Source: Octopus sinensis | Lineage: Eukaryota | Length of the DNA stretch: 64,000 nucleotides | Reading direction: 5' to 3' | Assembly: GCF_006345805.1 (NCBI RefSeq) | Contig: NC_042997.1 | Coordinates: 39,370,001 to 39,434,000, forward strand | Part shown: piece after piece, positions 1 through 13,258 of the stretch | Position numbering within the stretch: the first letter of the stretch is position 1 | Layout of the letters: each line of letters starts with the position of its first letter | Program-made: the position numbers and the translations under genes | The notes under the pieces: generated by a model | Told to the model about the DNA's origin: nothing | The model's input: only the letters and a program-made list of their open reading frames with translations | Database searches by the model: none

Positions 1-84
1 ATGTTTCTACAACTGTTATGTAATTACTACTGATGAGACCTGTATATGTTCTATCAAGCATTAAATACCATACTTGATATATTA

Positions 85-533
85 TTATTACTATTATTTC
101 TTTTTATCACAGGTTTTGTTAGAACTGGAGTCTTGCATGCGCAACAGGCTTGCTGCTTTCTGTTCTTTTCAACTATTTAATACTTTTCTGATTACTCTGG
201 CTGTGCCAAGGAGGCAAACCTTTTGTAACAGTTCTACTAGGCACTCTCTTCCAATTTCCCTTATATTCCTCTTGATGCCTTCTGATACTGTCCCCAAGGA
301 CCCAACTGTAACTGGAACCATCTTCACCTTCTTCATTTTTCATAGCTGGTCTATTTCGTACTTAAGAGGATTGTATTTATTAATTTTTTCCCCCCTTTCT
401 TGACTATTCGTGGGTCAAAGGGACATGCAACATCAACTATATAGCACATGTGGTGCATCTTGTCTACCACCACTAGGTCTGGTCTGTTATGCCTTACCAC
501 CTGATCTGTTATTCTTATATGTAGCACACGCAT
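85..533 (-). mobile_element. 3' end of an RLE-type non-LTR retrotransposon (R4/NeSL-like), restriction-like endonuclease domain, decayed
   Basis: ORF 351..533(-) reads RHNRPDLVVVDKMHHMCYIVDVACPFDPRI, matching the RLE motif NRPD..D...C.I.DV.CP.D. The downstream frame gives LKYEIDQL..KKVKMVPVTVGSLG. The element ends in a (TAA)n-like tail at ~85-105. Confidence 0.75.
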
Positions 534-1214
534 ACATCCATGCCTATACGCACATACACTTTGTTCTCATGACGGCCTGTCTATTATTCTCTATACATAA
601 CGCACACACAAGTTAATATATCAATAAATAGAACTCTCTTAATCATTCTACTCGGTTGCGTCTCTCTCTTTTCCAACTGGCACCTTATATGTATTATTCT
701 AGCCTTTTGAACAGAGTCGTTATTAGATGGTTTCACCACACTTCACCCCGACCATCTACAGAAGCTTTACTTCTTGGACTCACGTTTTTGTGCGCAACAA
801 TGTTGTTGAACCTCTGTTAACAGCACCGTATGCAGGTCCTTTCTGTTTTCTTTCACGCGGTTAAGTTTTTCACCATAGACCTTATTGGTCGTAAAGACAC
901 TATATCAGGGGATAGACTGAAAAAGGCCTTCTTAGAGAAAACTGTCTGTTCCCACTGCAGACGACAACACACACACAGCATTACAAACACCGCCCGCACA
1001 TCCACCTTCACGTTCCATGACTACCATTGGGATCGATCAGGTACCGGACAAGGATTCTGGATTATTTTTCCGTTTTTTTTTTCACTTAATTTTTAGTATT
1101 CTCGTTTGTGAGAGTAGTCGAGTTTATTTCAGATATTCTTATTTTAAAAGTCATCTCCGGTTAATTGTTGAGAGGACGTTGGTGTTGCGTTCTCTGAGTG
1201 CTATTATTATTATT

Positions 1215-1619
1215 GAGTGAGAGAGCAGTGCATGCCATCAAAGTGACACTGAGGTAAAATATACGAAGCCCAGTCATGACTACCCGTCTGATAAGGGTAC
1301 ACTAGGCACATGCATCACAACCATATGTGCGCGACATGGTGATCTCATATCAAGATAAACAGCACATGACCTCGCAAGTGGGGCCCAGTTAGAATTTTGT
1401 TCTGGTCGAGTAACCCATCCCACTCAAAAGGTCCCTGAATAAGGGTTGCTTTAGGATGTTGAACGAAAGACCCCTGTTTCCAGAGGTGAATTATTCAAAC
1501 CCAAAAGAATCCCTCTCAACACATGGCTATGATACTCCCCCACTACTTCTGCTCGTGATCAGAGATGCACATATCGTCAGCCGCTAAGGGACATGCTCAA
1601 CTGGTTACGGTCAAACGAC

Positions 1620-1695
<76 letters not shown>

Positions 1696-1700
1696 TACTA
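1215..1700 (+). repeat. Interspersed repeat (SINE/LINE-tail-like) ending in an (ATT)n microsatellite
   Basis: A GC-richer ~400-bp block is flanked by TTA repeats, with pure (ATT)n at 1620-1700. Family not identified. Confidence 0.45.
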
Positions 1701-1702
1701 TT

Positions 1703-1925
1703 GAAGGCGGCGAGGTGCCAGAATCGTTAGGACGCTGGGCAAAACTCTTGGCGGTATTTTGTCCTGTCTTTACGTTCTGAGTTCAAATTCTGCTGAGGTG
1801 GACTTTGCCTTTCATCCTTACGAGGTCAATAAATTAAGTACCAGTGAAACACTGGGGTCAATGTAATCGACTTATCCCCTTCCCCAAAATGGCTGCCCTT
1901 GTGACAAAATTAGAAAGCATTATTA
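1703..1925 (+). mobile_element. tRNA-derived SINE family A, alternative-tail variant
   Basis: Head gaaggcggcgag..gagttcaaattc, central block gaggtggactttgcctttcatcc..aagtaccag shared with copies at 8272 and 62064. The 3' tail differs (ccccaaaatggctgcccttgtg). Confidence 0.75.
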
Positions 1926-2316
1926 TTATATTGCTGTCTTTCGTTTGTTTCTTTTTAAACCACCCTATCCTGACGTTGATGTCTCGCATCGTACTACACT
2001 GGATGCTGGATTGGAGTCTGGGACCCACTACTGAGCCTGATCTTCGTTTTGTGCAACGCTTCATATGTATACGAACACACATTCACATATGTGTGTGTAT
2101 GCGTCTGTCTGTGTATGTCTATGTATACCTCGGTTGTTATTTTTAGATTTTAAACACTCCTAGAGGGTTATTTTATCTACTAATTGCACGAATAGTCTCA
2201 GTTAATTGAAGTTTTCAACACACTATAGCAATTATGCGAGACTTTACTGTATGTGTATTTAGTACACAGATCATGACCCTGGGGTACTTTTCGTTAGTTT
2301 TGTTGTTGATATAGAT

Positions 2317-2495
2317 CAGTGCTTTTCAACCTTTTTGCTGGAGCGGAACCCCAAGGAAACATTCCACTGGCTCGAGGAACCCCTGTGCAATAACTTAATA
2401 GTCTTCTGCACACATATCTGCACAGGAGAATTAAAAATTACTGCCGATTTTAGCAGTTTTGTAACTTCTTACGGAACCCTGGTTGAAAACCACTG
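2317..2495. mobile_element. hAT-type MITE
   Basis: 15-bp TIR cagtgcttttcaacc / ggttgaaaaccactg (1 mismatch) and 8-bp TSD atatagat at 2309-2316 and 2496-2503. Confidence 0.9.
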
Positions 2496-2659
2496 ATATA
2501 GATAACCAACGTCACTACACTCTTTCTATTTCTATATATACTCATCATTTCTGTCTTGCCAACTGAGCTGAATGCGATATTTTGAAGTAATGTAATAAGA
2601 TAGAAATGTTTGTTATTTTCACTAGTTGACCTTAAAAATACAATCAAGACACACGTTAG

Positions 2660-3980
2660 TTGTGGCCAATGGTTAGATCATTTGCTTCACAGATTTCCAA
2701 AAGTGTTTATCTCTTTTTGTGCATCATATCTGTAGCGTGGTTCAGTGATATCCTCACTGTTTGAGAGATATATTAGAAATGATCTCGTGTTAGATAACAA
2801 CCATCTTCGGCTATTTTGACCCTGTTGTGTCCACTGCTCTGCTTGGTTGACAGTGGCACAGTTTGTCTCTTGACTTATTTCGCACCAGTGTGTAAGTCAA
2901 CCAATCACGGCCTTCGGATAAGGTCCTATGACACAGTCTTTTTGGGTTTCACTGGAGCCCACCTCAGGTTATAAAAAAGCCCCAGCATTCACGATTTCTC
3001 ATCTTTGTGGGACGACCGTGTGGCGTTAAAAAGGAGATGTTTCCGTCACCAACTCCTTTATGTAAGGTCGTATCCCTACATATCCATTGCTTTCATGCAC
3101 AATGGAATTGCCCAACATGGTCTTTATAGTCTCCAGTCGTGACAATGACGTTGCTGTTGTAGCGGGTATCCAAGACCTAACTGCTAGGTACTTGGTCAGG
3201 CACTACGAGTGAACCATCATAATCTCACGAGATTGATCTATAAATTGACAGTCAGCATGAGGCTGTGGCATGATATAGTTTTCTCGAATGTTCACCAATT
3301 TAACCTCCTGTCCCCAATAAAAACTGTTTTTGGCACTAAACTAATTATAGAGTGTTGAAGGTGGCTGATTGATTCATGAGCCTCCTCTCTTGCCATGCAA
3401 ATGGATCTGGACATTTGTGCAGACAACACCAGGTTCTTGGACAGACCATTCTGAACATTCTCACAATGTCTTAGAAATAACGTCTACGGATGCAGGGCAA
3501 TTTTCTCTCGCTACCCCAGTCGGAAGTTATTAATATTGCTCATTGTAAATAGCCAAATTATGTCCAGCAATAACTAGCGAGTTAAATGTTTGTGAGTTTG
3601 CTTCGATTATTATTCTTGCAGCCAAGAATGACCTCTCCATTTACACTACACTATGTTATAATAAAGCCATCCAATTTGGCAATGGTGACACATACTTCTG
3701 AAGTATATCAACATTCTTCATGACCAAGTCAAGTGACAAACTTGACACTCTCATTCATTATCAATGTGTCCCGCAAGAGCATCTCATAGAAATAAAAGGT
3801 CCTTTTGTTCACCTGCTAGTGGTGTGGTGTATATGCAGAGATCAGTGCATATAACTATTCTAAGATTAATTAGTGATTCACCAACCGTAATAGTTCTGTA
3901 GCAAGAACTATTGTCATAGATTATCACATCATTTAGGCTTAAACAGTCAGAAATTGGATCATCCCGCACGTTCCTAATGA
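2660..3980 (-). pseudogene. Heavily decayed DNA-transposon ORF relic, possibly Academ/XPG-nuclease type
   Basis: A coding-like composition block with frameshifted remnants resembling E.AD (PHADCQFI), DxDV (NSNVIVT), G.D.T (GYDLT) and a C-terminal Cys cluster (KLCHCQ). No intact ORF. Confidence 0.3.
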
Positions 3981-5889
3981 ATGGTCACATAAACCGGTCA
4001 TGTGATGGTGTAATACTTGATTGAGTCTGCTTCTTGCGTTGGTCTAGTTTTATGCGGGATACAGTTTTGTATCCAATTGCATTGTACTATAGACCAACCA
4101 GCGTGGCAAAATCAAATGCTTGTTTGAACCTGATGGTGTCTTTAAATAGCATAAAGTTTTTCATTTTGGCCAGTGAGGTGAGAATTTTCAGAGAAAGGAG
4201 GGAGACTGCCAGGAAGCTTTGTCACATCGTTCTGTTCCTGTTTGCCAAGCACTTATAACCAAGTTTCAACTCATTTGAGAAGCAGACTATGTATATTTAC
4301 TGCAGACTGTTATATTCATGAGCAGCTTCAAAGCTGCACTCCGTGCGGACTTTTATGCTAGCTCCTGTGGAGGGCTAATTAGGCCTGTGGCTCCAAACCA
4401 AGGAGAGCTAAATAGCATTTCTATAGCATGTCTATAATGACTATATGCTCTGGTGGTGTTTGATAAGAGGTTAAGGACAGGTGAGAATTACTTCTGTAAT
4501 GCAACCGTTCAATTGTTCCTGTCCCAAGTGAATTCCAACTGTTGGCCAATTTGTCCCAAAATTCTTATCTTGACATAAAATTAATGAAGCGAATATCATT
4601 TATCTCCCCTTGATCTCTGACGTCATCTGACATGCAAACTAGGATGGCGTGAACCAGCTAATCTTTACCTGCTAGAAATAGCAACCCAAATCCATTTAAA
4701 TCAGATTCCAATGCTGGATGTTAAAGAACCAAATAAGGGCAGATTTTAAATCCCTGGATCACCTTGATTCCAAGATGGTATATGCCTATGTACAGCAAAT
4801 GTAGACTGAGATACAGGGGCCCTGGACAGACAGACAGAATTTTAGTTTTATTGATATAGATGTATCCAGCTGGTTTGCAGTACAAATTTATTTAGCGGAT
4901 GAATAGTGTCGCAGTTCCTTGAAAAGTCGTTTTGTATTTCTTTCCACTACTTTATACAGAACTCATGGAACCAAGAACTTGTAATAATACAAGGGCCAGA
5001 GACATGCTTCACACCAGCTAAATTTAATTACTTAGTCTATACAATTTTCTATCAACAATATACTGATTCCACCAAACTTAGCACTGTTATACCAAACAAT
5101 TTGCGTCTATATTTCTTGGCCTTTGACAGTTTCACTGAGTCTCCCATCAAGTTTATCTTTTGAACACAAAACTCACCCATTCTACATTCATTCTAGTGTT
5201 TCTATGATCTTTCCAGATCATATCCTCATTGACACAGTCACCCCTTAGGTTTTGCAACCTGACAGGAAGTGGAGTATTTCAGGTGATGTTTTGGCTATCT
5301 GATGTCTGTTTTCTGGATCTGAAAGGAAGAGAGGTGGTGTAATCATTTGATATCAGTCGAGGGATGTTTATTAGTCAGATGTTCACACTCGACCATCCCA
5401 CTTGTGTAGACCTCAATATACAATTAGTTTTTATTATGATTATCAAGATATTGTTATGGTTTTATTAGCTAAAGCAACTTGCTATAATCATTACTTTACA
5501 GCCTGTAGTGTGTACATTTTATTGTACCATAAGTACTAGAAAGGTTATCCAACCAGATTAAAGTGTCCTTTATACATTGTGTCATTTTTTTATTCACAGT
5601 TACTGCTTTCTTTAGATAGCTTACGTTTGTCATGAGTTGCAGAGTTCACTTCTCCCTTGTGAGGATTTTATTCAGAGTTTTGGCTCTCCTAGTCAGGCTT
5701 CTTTCATAATGGCTGAAGAGCAATGTCTCTCTGCAGCATAGTATGTCAGCAGAAAGTGAAAGAGCTTTATATGTTTATATGTTGTGGTTGTTCGGCTCTG
5801 GGTCAACCCCTATGATCCAGTCAAGACCACATGCATGATCTCCTAGAAACTTTCTTGACAAGCTAGTTGAATTAATGACAACAGTTATA

Positions 5890-6107
5890 CAAGGGGCTGC
5901 TGAAAGGTTCCTGGCTTTAAGAGTATTGCAAAAGGCCTGGTTGGAGGCCCAACCTTCTGAGTCCTTTTACGGGGTTTAGAAAAACTGAAGGACTGCTGCA
6001 TTAAGTGTGTGAATCTGAGCAGGGAATATGTTGAATAAAATCATAATCACCTGACCCTCCTGTATTTTCTTTTACCCAAAGTTATGAACTTTACAGCACC
6101 CCCCTTG
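5890..6107 (+). mobile_element. Tc1/mariner-derived MITE
   Basis: TA|caaggggctgctgaaaggttc ... gaactttacagcaccccccttg|TA gives an imperfect ~23-bp TIR with TA duplication. The interior retains a transposase C-terminal remnant (gaatatgttgaataa = EYVE*). Confidence 0.75.
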
Positions 6108-6447
6108 TATTTGTCATCACGAGGAGTGAGGTGGGATAGTTATGACTGCCGTTCTACTGAGCAGACATATTTACTAAACAGGAGGGAAATAAACAAATTT
6201 CTTAATAGCAGCAGTAAGAAATTATTTTTCTCTTAGCTTAATTTTATATCTCTTGGTTTCTTTTATTTTCTGTCCATAAAACCAGTAGGAAGGATTGTCC
6301 TCTATCCTGGAGTGGTATTTTATTTTTCCCAGTTTGCTGTGAAGAAAGATAAATAAATAAAGGAATTGACAAATGGTTCAATATATCTTCAAAATTTGCG
6401 GAGCTTTTTCAGTGAGGTAGCCAATAAGAGAAGAGAAATTTTACAGC

Positions 6448-6710
6448 CTCGCCTGGCCTCTGTGCCGGTAGCACGTAAAAAGCACCATCCAAGTGTGGCC
6501 GTTTGCCAGCCTCGTCTGGCACCTGTGTCGGTGGCACATAAAAAGCACCCACTACACTCATGGAGTGGTTGGCGTTAGGAAGGGCATCCAGCTGTAGAAA
6601 CACTGCCAGATCTGACTGGCCTGGTGCAGCCTTCGGGGTTCCCAGACCCCAGTTGAACCGTCCAACCCATGCTAGCATGGAAAGCGGACGTTAAACGATG
6701 ATGATGATAG
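6448..6710 (+). mobile_element. Family C RTE-type non-autonomous element (hairpin array + conserved body + (GAT)n tail)
   Basis: About 2 array units, body ggttggcgttaggaagggcatccagctgtagaaac, end gcggacgttaaacgatgatgatg. Confidence 0.8.
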
Positions 6711-6756
6711 TAGTAATAAATAATTATCCTTAGTTTAATTTCAGGTTTATGAATAT

Positions 6757-6964
6757 TTATTTCTTTATTGCTCACAAGGACAGATAAAGGGATTAAGTCG
6801 ATTACATCGATCCCAGTGCATAACTGGTACTTATTTGATCGACCCTGAAAAGATGAAAGGCAAAGCTGACCTCAGCGGAATTTGAACTCAGAACGTGGCG
6901 GCAGACGAAATACCGGTAAGCATTTCACCTGGCATGCTAACGATTCTGCCAGCTCGCTGCCTTC
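6757..6964 (-). mobile_element. tRNA-derived SINE family A
   Basis: Reverse complement of the 8272 copy, with a shortened tail. Confidence 0.8.
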
Positions 6965-8271
6965 TATGAATATTGATAGGAATCACATTAGATATTGTGT
7001 GCAGGAGGCAAGACAGCTGGGAGGGTATGTATTGCATATGGAGGATGGCAGTTAACAAAACATAAAAAGCTATCCAAATGGAAGGAATTTGCAGAAGAAA
7101 AGGACTGAATATTATATGGAATGAAGTGGTGCAAGTGACTCTCAGAAGAGTAAATCTCACAAAAGAGATGAGAAAGGGCTGCAAAAAGTAGAAAGTGACA
7201 CTTTGCTAGAGAAGACCTGTTTAATACATGCAAACATAGAAAACAGGTACATGATAACAAAGGTGGCTATGCAATGGCATCAACTGTGCACACACGTGAC
7301 ATCAAATTGGTTGAGTCCTAAAAGAATGTCTTATGGTATTTGTTCCAGCTCTCTCCACTCAAATAGGTAAATTTTGCTTTTCATCCATTTAAGGTTAAGA
7401 TTAATTAACCAAAGTATCAGTCCAGGAAAGAGCCATGTAGCTAATAATTAGTTAAGCTATGTACATTTGTGCTGAAGCAGTACAGACATGACATATATTT
7501 GAAAAGAAGATGCCATTAGTAACTGGAAGCTTTTTACCAATCTCTGCAATATATACAATGCTACCACCACAAAAACACAAAATGTCTTCATGCGATCTAA
7601 GAGCTTCCCTGCATTCTTAAGTTCCTTGCAGAACAAGTCTTTATCTACTTGTTGGTTCTCTTAGCTGTAATCCTGCTCAAAAAGCCTTTACATTTTCTAC
7701 CTTTTTCTCCAATTCTACACAAATCTTGGAACCCCCCCCCCCTACTTTCACCACACACAGTCTCACCTCTATGCTTGAAAATTCCTCTGATCACCCTCAA
7801 ACAATGCACTTCAGTGCAGCCTTGCCAAACTCCTTCCTACAGGAATCTATTCCAATCTTTGAAAACATGTCAGTGTTTCTAATCCCTAGAAAGGGAACCT
7901 CTCTGACTTTGCTAACTACCTTGTCAATCTTAATCCAAACATCTGAAAACAGTTATTTCATAATTAGTCCATGTTCAGCTCTCTTTTGTCACCTTCAGTA
8001 TAGTTATGAAATTTTTATGTGAAAGTGCATTAGAGAAATGATTGAAGAACAATATTTGCTTGATCATTTCAATATATAAGATATAATATACAACTTCAAG
8101 TTGTTTGCAGATCTCTGGTCCATTCTGTATAATTAGTAGTTTCATCTGTGATGCTAGTGAGAAAGACAAAGTAAATGGAATGTATGCAGATAGAGTAACA
8201 GTTGTGTTCTCATGCTCTTGACAGGACATAACCGGAGTGAGGGAGTAGCCATGCTTATATTAGTAGGCACT

Positions 8272-8504
8272 AAGGCGGCGAGCTGGCAGAAACGTTAGCA
8301 CGTCGGGCGAAATGCGTCGCCGTATTTCGTCTGTCGTTACGTTGTGAGTTCAAATTCTGCCGAGGTCGACTTTGCCTTTCATCCTTTCGAGGTCGATAAA
8401 TAAAGTACCAGTTACGCACTGGGGTCGATGTAATTGACTTAATCCCTTTGTCTGTCCTTGTTTGTCCCCTCTATGTCTAGCCCCTTGTGGGCAATAAAGA
8501 AATA
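8272..8504 (+). mobile_element. tRNA-derived SINE family A, full length with TSD
   Basis: 16-bp TSD tatattagtaggcact (8256-8271, 8505-8520). A-box and B-box-like head (tggcagaaacgttagc; gagttcaaattc). Confidence 0.9.
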
Positions 8505-8892
8505 TATATTAGTAGGCACTGAATTACCAAAAGAAATCAACTGATATTTGCTTGTGTATTTATAATTTTACTTATTAAAATAGCCCAACTGAGAACCACA
8601 GGGTTCTTCCCCGTATCAGTTTTGACCCCTGAATACATTGAAAAATCAACTCTAATCTCTAACATTCTAGCTATGCTTTCTTAATACTACTACAACAGCC
8701 TTTACTTTTTTGGAAAGCAGTTGCATCCCATCTCTGGAATATTTCACCCAGGTTTTCCATGTGAGAACTGCAATTTTCTTCACCTGCCATTTTTACTATC
8801 TACATATCTTCAAAGCTGAACATTTGGTTTCAGATTTTGACAGAAGGCCAGCAATTTCAAGGGAAAGGTTAAGTCAATTATATCAACCCTAA

Positions 8893-9284
8893 TACTCAAC
8901 CTGGACGTTATCAAAAAAGCTTGAGAGGTGGTTGGATGGAACCTACACTCCCCTCCGTATGAGAGCTCAAAATCTCTCGTGGATGTGCCATCCAACCAAA
9001 ATGCAAATATATGGGAAACTACCACCTGTGTCATCTCTTGTGAAAGGTAGGAGAGTCCAGTTTGCTGGACATTGTTGTAGAGCTGAAAAAGAGGTAATTT
9101 CTACTCTCCTCTGGAAGCCATCTACTCGCAATACCAGAGGGCGCACACTCTCCTACCCTGATGTAATCTCCAGGGATACAGGCATCCAGCAACAGGACCT
9201 CCGTAATGCCATGATGGACCGTGAAGTCTGGCATAGCATGGTAAATTCCATTGTCTCGACCACAGTCGAACAATGATGATGATG
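8893..9284 (+). mobile_element. 5'-truncated RTE-clade LINE 3' end
   Basis: ORF 8932..9276 has the RTE C-terminal motif KGRRVQFAGHCCRAE..GRTLSYPDVI, a stop, then a (GAT)n tail. Near-identical inverted copy at 27826-28290. Confidence 0.85.
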
Positions 9285-10181
9285 AACGACTGGTACTTAT
9301 TTTATTGAGTCTGAAAGGATGTAAAGCTAAGTCAACCTCAGCAGCATTTGAACTAAGGATATAAAGATGGGTGAAATGCCGCTAAGCATTCTGCCCTCTT
9401 CGAGCTGAATATTAGCGACATCAATATCACCAGTCTAGGTGGGGGTTACAATAGCCATAGATAATGCCCCTGCTGTCCTGATTAAAAAAAAAAAAAAAAA
9501 TTAAGACTTCATATCCTTTAATCTTTAATTCTATCGAATTGTATTTGCTTAATCTATATACTGTTTGAAGTAAGGAGATTATTTTGATCCTTCCATCAGT
9601 TACATCTCATTATTTACTGAAGATAGTATTTGAGCTGTCAATATTATATTTTCCAATTCTTTTTTTTTTTTTTTTAACATTAGCAATATCACGGCATAAA
9701 AGATAAGAGTAGTGGGTATAGTTATCTCAGAAATTATTTTATTGATCTCACTGTCCAAGTATTTATTAGATTAGTCTTTGTTTCCAATTGCTTCATACTC
9801 TTTATAATTATATAAATCATGGTTCCAGGTTCAGTCCCTGAGTAGCAACTTGGGCAAGTGTCTTCAACTCCAGCATTGATCCAACCAAAGCCTTGCAAAT
9901 ATAGATTTGGTAGATGGAAACTGAAAGAAGCCCATCGTGTGCGTCTCCAACCACTGGTGTTTACATCCCTGTGACTTAGCAGTTAGTCGATAGAATAACT
10001 ATGAAGTTTTAAAAAAATAAGGACTGGGGTGGATTCATTTGACTAAAACCCTTCGAGGTGATGCCATAGCTTTGTAAATGGATTTTTTTTGTGATGGTGT
10101 AAGAGCAAAAGATTTGTTCAAAGTTACAACACACACTGTAGCAAACAAGTCAAAGACAAAAGGCATCCACTACATTATCAT

Positions 10182-10381
10182 TTAACCCTTTCATTACTGC
10201 ATTTATTTCGAGATGCTCTGTGTTTCTTTCAATTAATTTTAAATATAACAAAGAATTTAGTAAAATAACTTAGTTATCATTCAGCCAGTGTTAGGAACAT
10301 AAATTGTGACTAAGGCTTGGTGGAAGATTTTAATTCAAAACATTTGTACTACAGAGCCAGTTTCAGCATCGAAAGAGTTAA
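10182..10381. mobile_element. TTAA-flanked piggyBac-like MITE (family F)
   Basis: TTAA|ccctttc...gaaagag|TTAA. Homologous copy at 22374-22588. Confidence 0.7.
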
Positions 10382-11328
10382 CATCCACTTTCCATGCTGG
10401 CAAGAGTTAGACTTGAACAAGTAAGGGGAGGGCTACACTTGGTTCCAGTGCAATTAGGCACGATTTCTATGGCTGGATGCCTCTCCTAACACCAGCTACT
10501 CCGAGAAGGTAACAGGTGCTATTTACATGACACTGGCAACAGCCATGACTATTTTGGCAAGTGTTGCATATTGCAAAAATGTGAAAAATGTATTTTCGGT
10601 GATTCCATGTAACATGGAAGTCAGTCAATAGCAAATGGTTTTCACTTTTATAGAATTCCATGCCACAACAAAGTTTTCAGGAATGCAACAACTTTGTAAC
10701 ATGGAAGAAGCTTGTATTTTCTGCAATACCTACTTTTCTATTATGAGGAATCTTCATCTTCACCTAGCATTTGTTTTCAATGCTGGCATGGGTTGGACAC
10801 TTTGACTAGAGCTGCCTGTCCTGGCATTGTTTCTATGGCTGTGTCTAGGGAGAGTCATACTGCTTTAATACACACAACAGAATTTTAAACAGACAAAAAG
10901 GAACACAGCTCTAATAATGGACAGAGTTAACATCCACTGACAAGGTTGCAAAATCAATGAAAATTTTTGGAAAAAAATAAACAAAAATGGAAATTGAACC
11001 GGTGAGTGTGTTAGATACAGACCAAGGTATTCTTGTGGAATGTAACCAGATGAGGCTTACTATTCAACATAGCCCCTCTTGCAGTTTACACACTTCTTCC
11101 ATCATTGTTGTAACTTTTGGTACCCATTGGTGAATAAGTTTTCATTCTGATGGTCAAAAATAAGTCATCAGTAGTAGATACATCGTTATCACTGCAATGT
11201 TGGTTCTCAGCCAAGTAATTTTTCCTATATTGAGAACAGATGATAGGGCCAAATGGGAATAGAGTGATCAATTAGTCTAAAGCCAGTCAGGCACAGTAGC
11301 CATTGAAAGCAAGGATCTGTGTTGGGGC

Positions 11329-12020
11329 ATTGCCCTGATGAAACAAGACCCCTTTCATCAATGGATGCAAGTATGATTCAAAAATAAAATAAAAGCAAAG
11401 GTGAAAGAGCAACAAATAAAGAGAATTAGTTTTAAATACTCAGGAAAAACAAAAGTCCTGAAGATTTTGAACCTACACTTTTTTACAGAAAGGTTAGACA
11501 AACAGAAAAAAAAGTGTCTAAAATGGTCTCAAGGCATGCTGAAACAAATGGAAGATGTTGGTTTGAAGAACATGTGGCAAGGGAGACAACAATGAGCTAA
11601 TATACATAACATTCAATGTCATTGTTCGAAGCTGGAATGGATTGGATGCTTTGATAGGATCCAACAGGTTCAAGATTGCCCTGATGAAACAAGACTCCTT
11701 TCATCAATGGATGCAAGTATGATTCAAAAATAAAATAAAAGCAAAGGTGAAAGAGCAACAAATAAAGAGAATTAGTTTTAAATACTCAGGAAAAACAAAA
11801 GTCCTGAAGATTTTGAACCTACACTTTTTTACAGAAAGGTTAGACAAACAGAAAAAAAAGTGTCTAAAATGGTCTCAAGGCATGCTGAAACAAATGGAAG
11901 ATGTTGGTTTGAAGAACATGTGGCAAGGGAGACAACAATGAGCTAATATACATAACATTCAATGTCATTGTTCGAAGCTGGAATGGATTGGATGCTTTGA
12001 TAGGATCCAACAGGTTCAAG
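11329..12020 (+). repeat. Tandem duplication, 2 x 346 bp
   Basis: 11329-11674 and 11675-12020 are nearly identical (one visible mismatch, agacccc vs agactcc). The identical ORFs at 11401 and 11747 are 346 apart. Adjacent to a mariner C-terminal relic at ~11040-11330. Confidence 0.95.
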
Positions 12021-13063
12021 GACTGCATCATGCCCCACTGTCCAAGGTAGGATTTCTACTGCCTATCATTTAATAGTATGTAGTGGGTGCTGAGTTGCTA
12101 AATTATGGGGATGTAAACATACCAACACCAGTTGTCAAGTAGCATTGAGGGACACAAGCATATAAATTTGAAGTGGGTAGGTTTTTCAATATCAGTATAT
12201 TCCAGTCATTCTGATTCCCCGTTATCTTGATAGTCCTGAGATAAGACCTTACCACTTTCTCCCACACTTTTTGCAAGCTCTATTCACAGTTAAGAAATTA
12301 GCAACAGTCATGACTCTGTGACCAGAAGTTCATCTCACCTACATGGTCTCTGCACAGCACACTGGATAAATGCCTTCTACTAAAGACACTCCTGGCCCCT
12401 TGGTCAGGAACGACCATGGGACTGTACCTAGAAATATGTCTGTGCAAGGCTGTCTATGGAGCAGTTGCCCATGCATACCAGCTAGGAAAAGGCCGATACA
12501 ACTTGGCACCGGTGATGTAAACTAATTTCTAGAGCTTTGTGAACTGGGGCAACATGAAATAAAGTATCTTGGTCAAAAACGTAACACAGCCTGGTCTGGG
12601 AACCGAAGTCACTACTTCTTGATTGCAAGTCTTGTACTAACCCATCGACAACATGGGTTAACCAAAGTCTTCTGAGTGGATTTGGTAGTTAGAAAATGGA
12701 AAGCAGTCCAGTGTATATATTACATATACATGTTAAGAGTGATTATTTCCCTGTCCAGCAATCACACTATTTCCTGTGGATAGCATCTAACTGATTTATT
12801 AAAATCTTTCATGCTCTCAAGTTAAATGATTGCCATCAACGTAGTGTAATCTGCTGTGTAAAAGAAGTTTAAGAAACATAGACGGATGGTAAACGATATG
12901 CCTGTAACACTTGTAAATAAGCATCAGTAGAATACAAAGTGATGCTTGTTATGCATTTGACAATAATCCGAATGCTAAAGGATTAAACAATGGAAGTGTC
13001 CGACAAAGCAGCCTGCTACCATTCAACCAATTAAAAAACAACAACAGAATCTTGGAATTAATA

Positions 13064-13069
13064 TTTATT
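13064..13069 (-). terminator. RPL10A: RPL10A polyadenylation signal AATAAA
   Basis: tttatt on the plus strand, 18 nt past the stop codon, followed by a U-rich downstream tract. Confidence 0.75.
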
Positions 13070-13087
13070 CTTCTATCTCAAGAATCC

Positions 13088-13258
13088 CTAATAAAGTCTC
13101 TGAGATGGACCCATTGTTGATGTGATATACAGGGCTCGAACATTTTGCCAATTCTTCTTCAGCAACGACACCAAAAAATTGATAGCAAGACTGATGTTGG
13201 AGTACAGCTGATCAGGCTTCATCTTCACATGACCAACACACACAGATAGACAAAGTAC
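13088..13258 (-). CDS. RPL10A: 60S ribosomal protein L10a (uL1), exon 5 (171 nt, includes stop)
   Basis: Acceptor tttttcctccgctag|GTA. Reads [56 protein letters not shown]. Confidence 0.97.
   Translation of the reverse strand, partial: VLCLSVCVGHVKMKPDQLYSNISLAINFLVSLLKKNWQNVRALYITSTMGPSQRLY

Noticed and set aside
25-70. Hammerhead core CTGATGA at ~30 (also ~11335, 11165, 19965, 36385)
   Set aside because: No stem II followed by GAAA in any of these.
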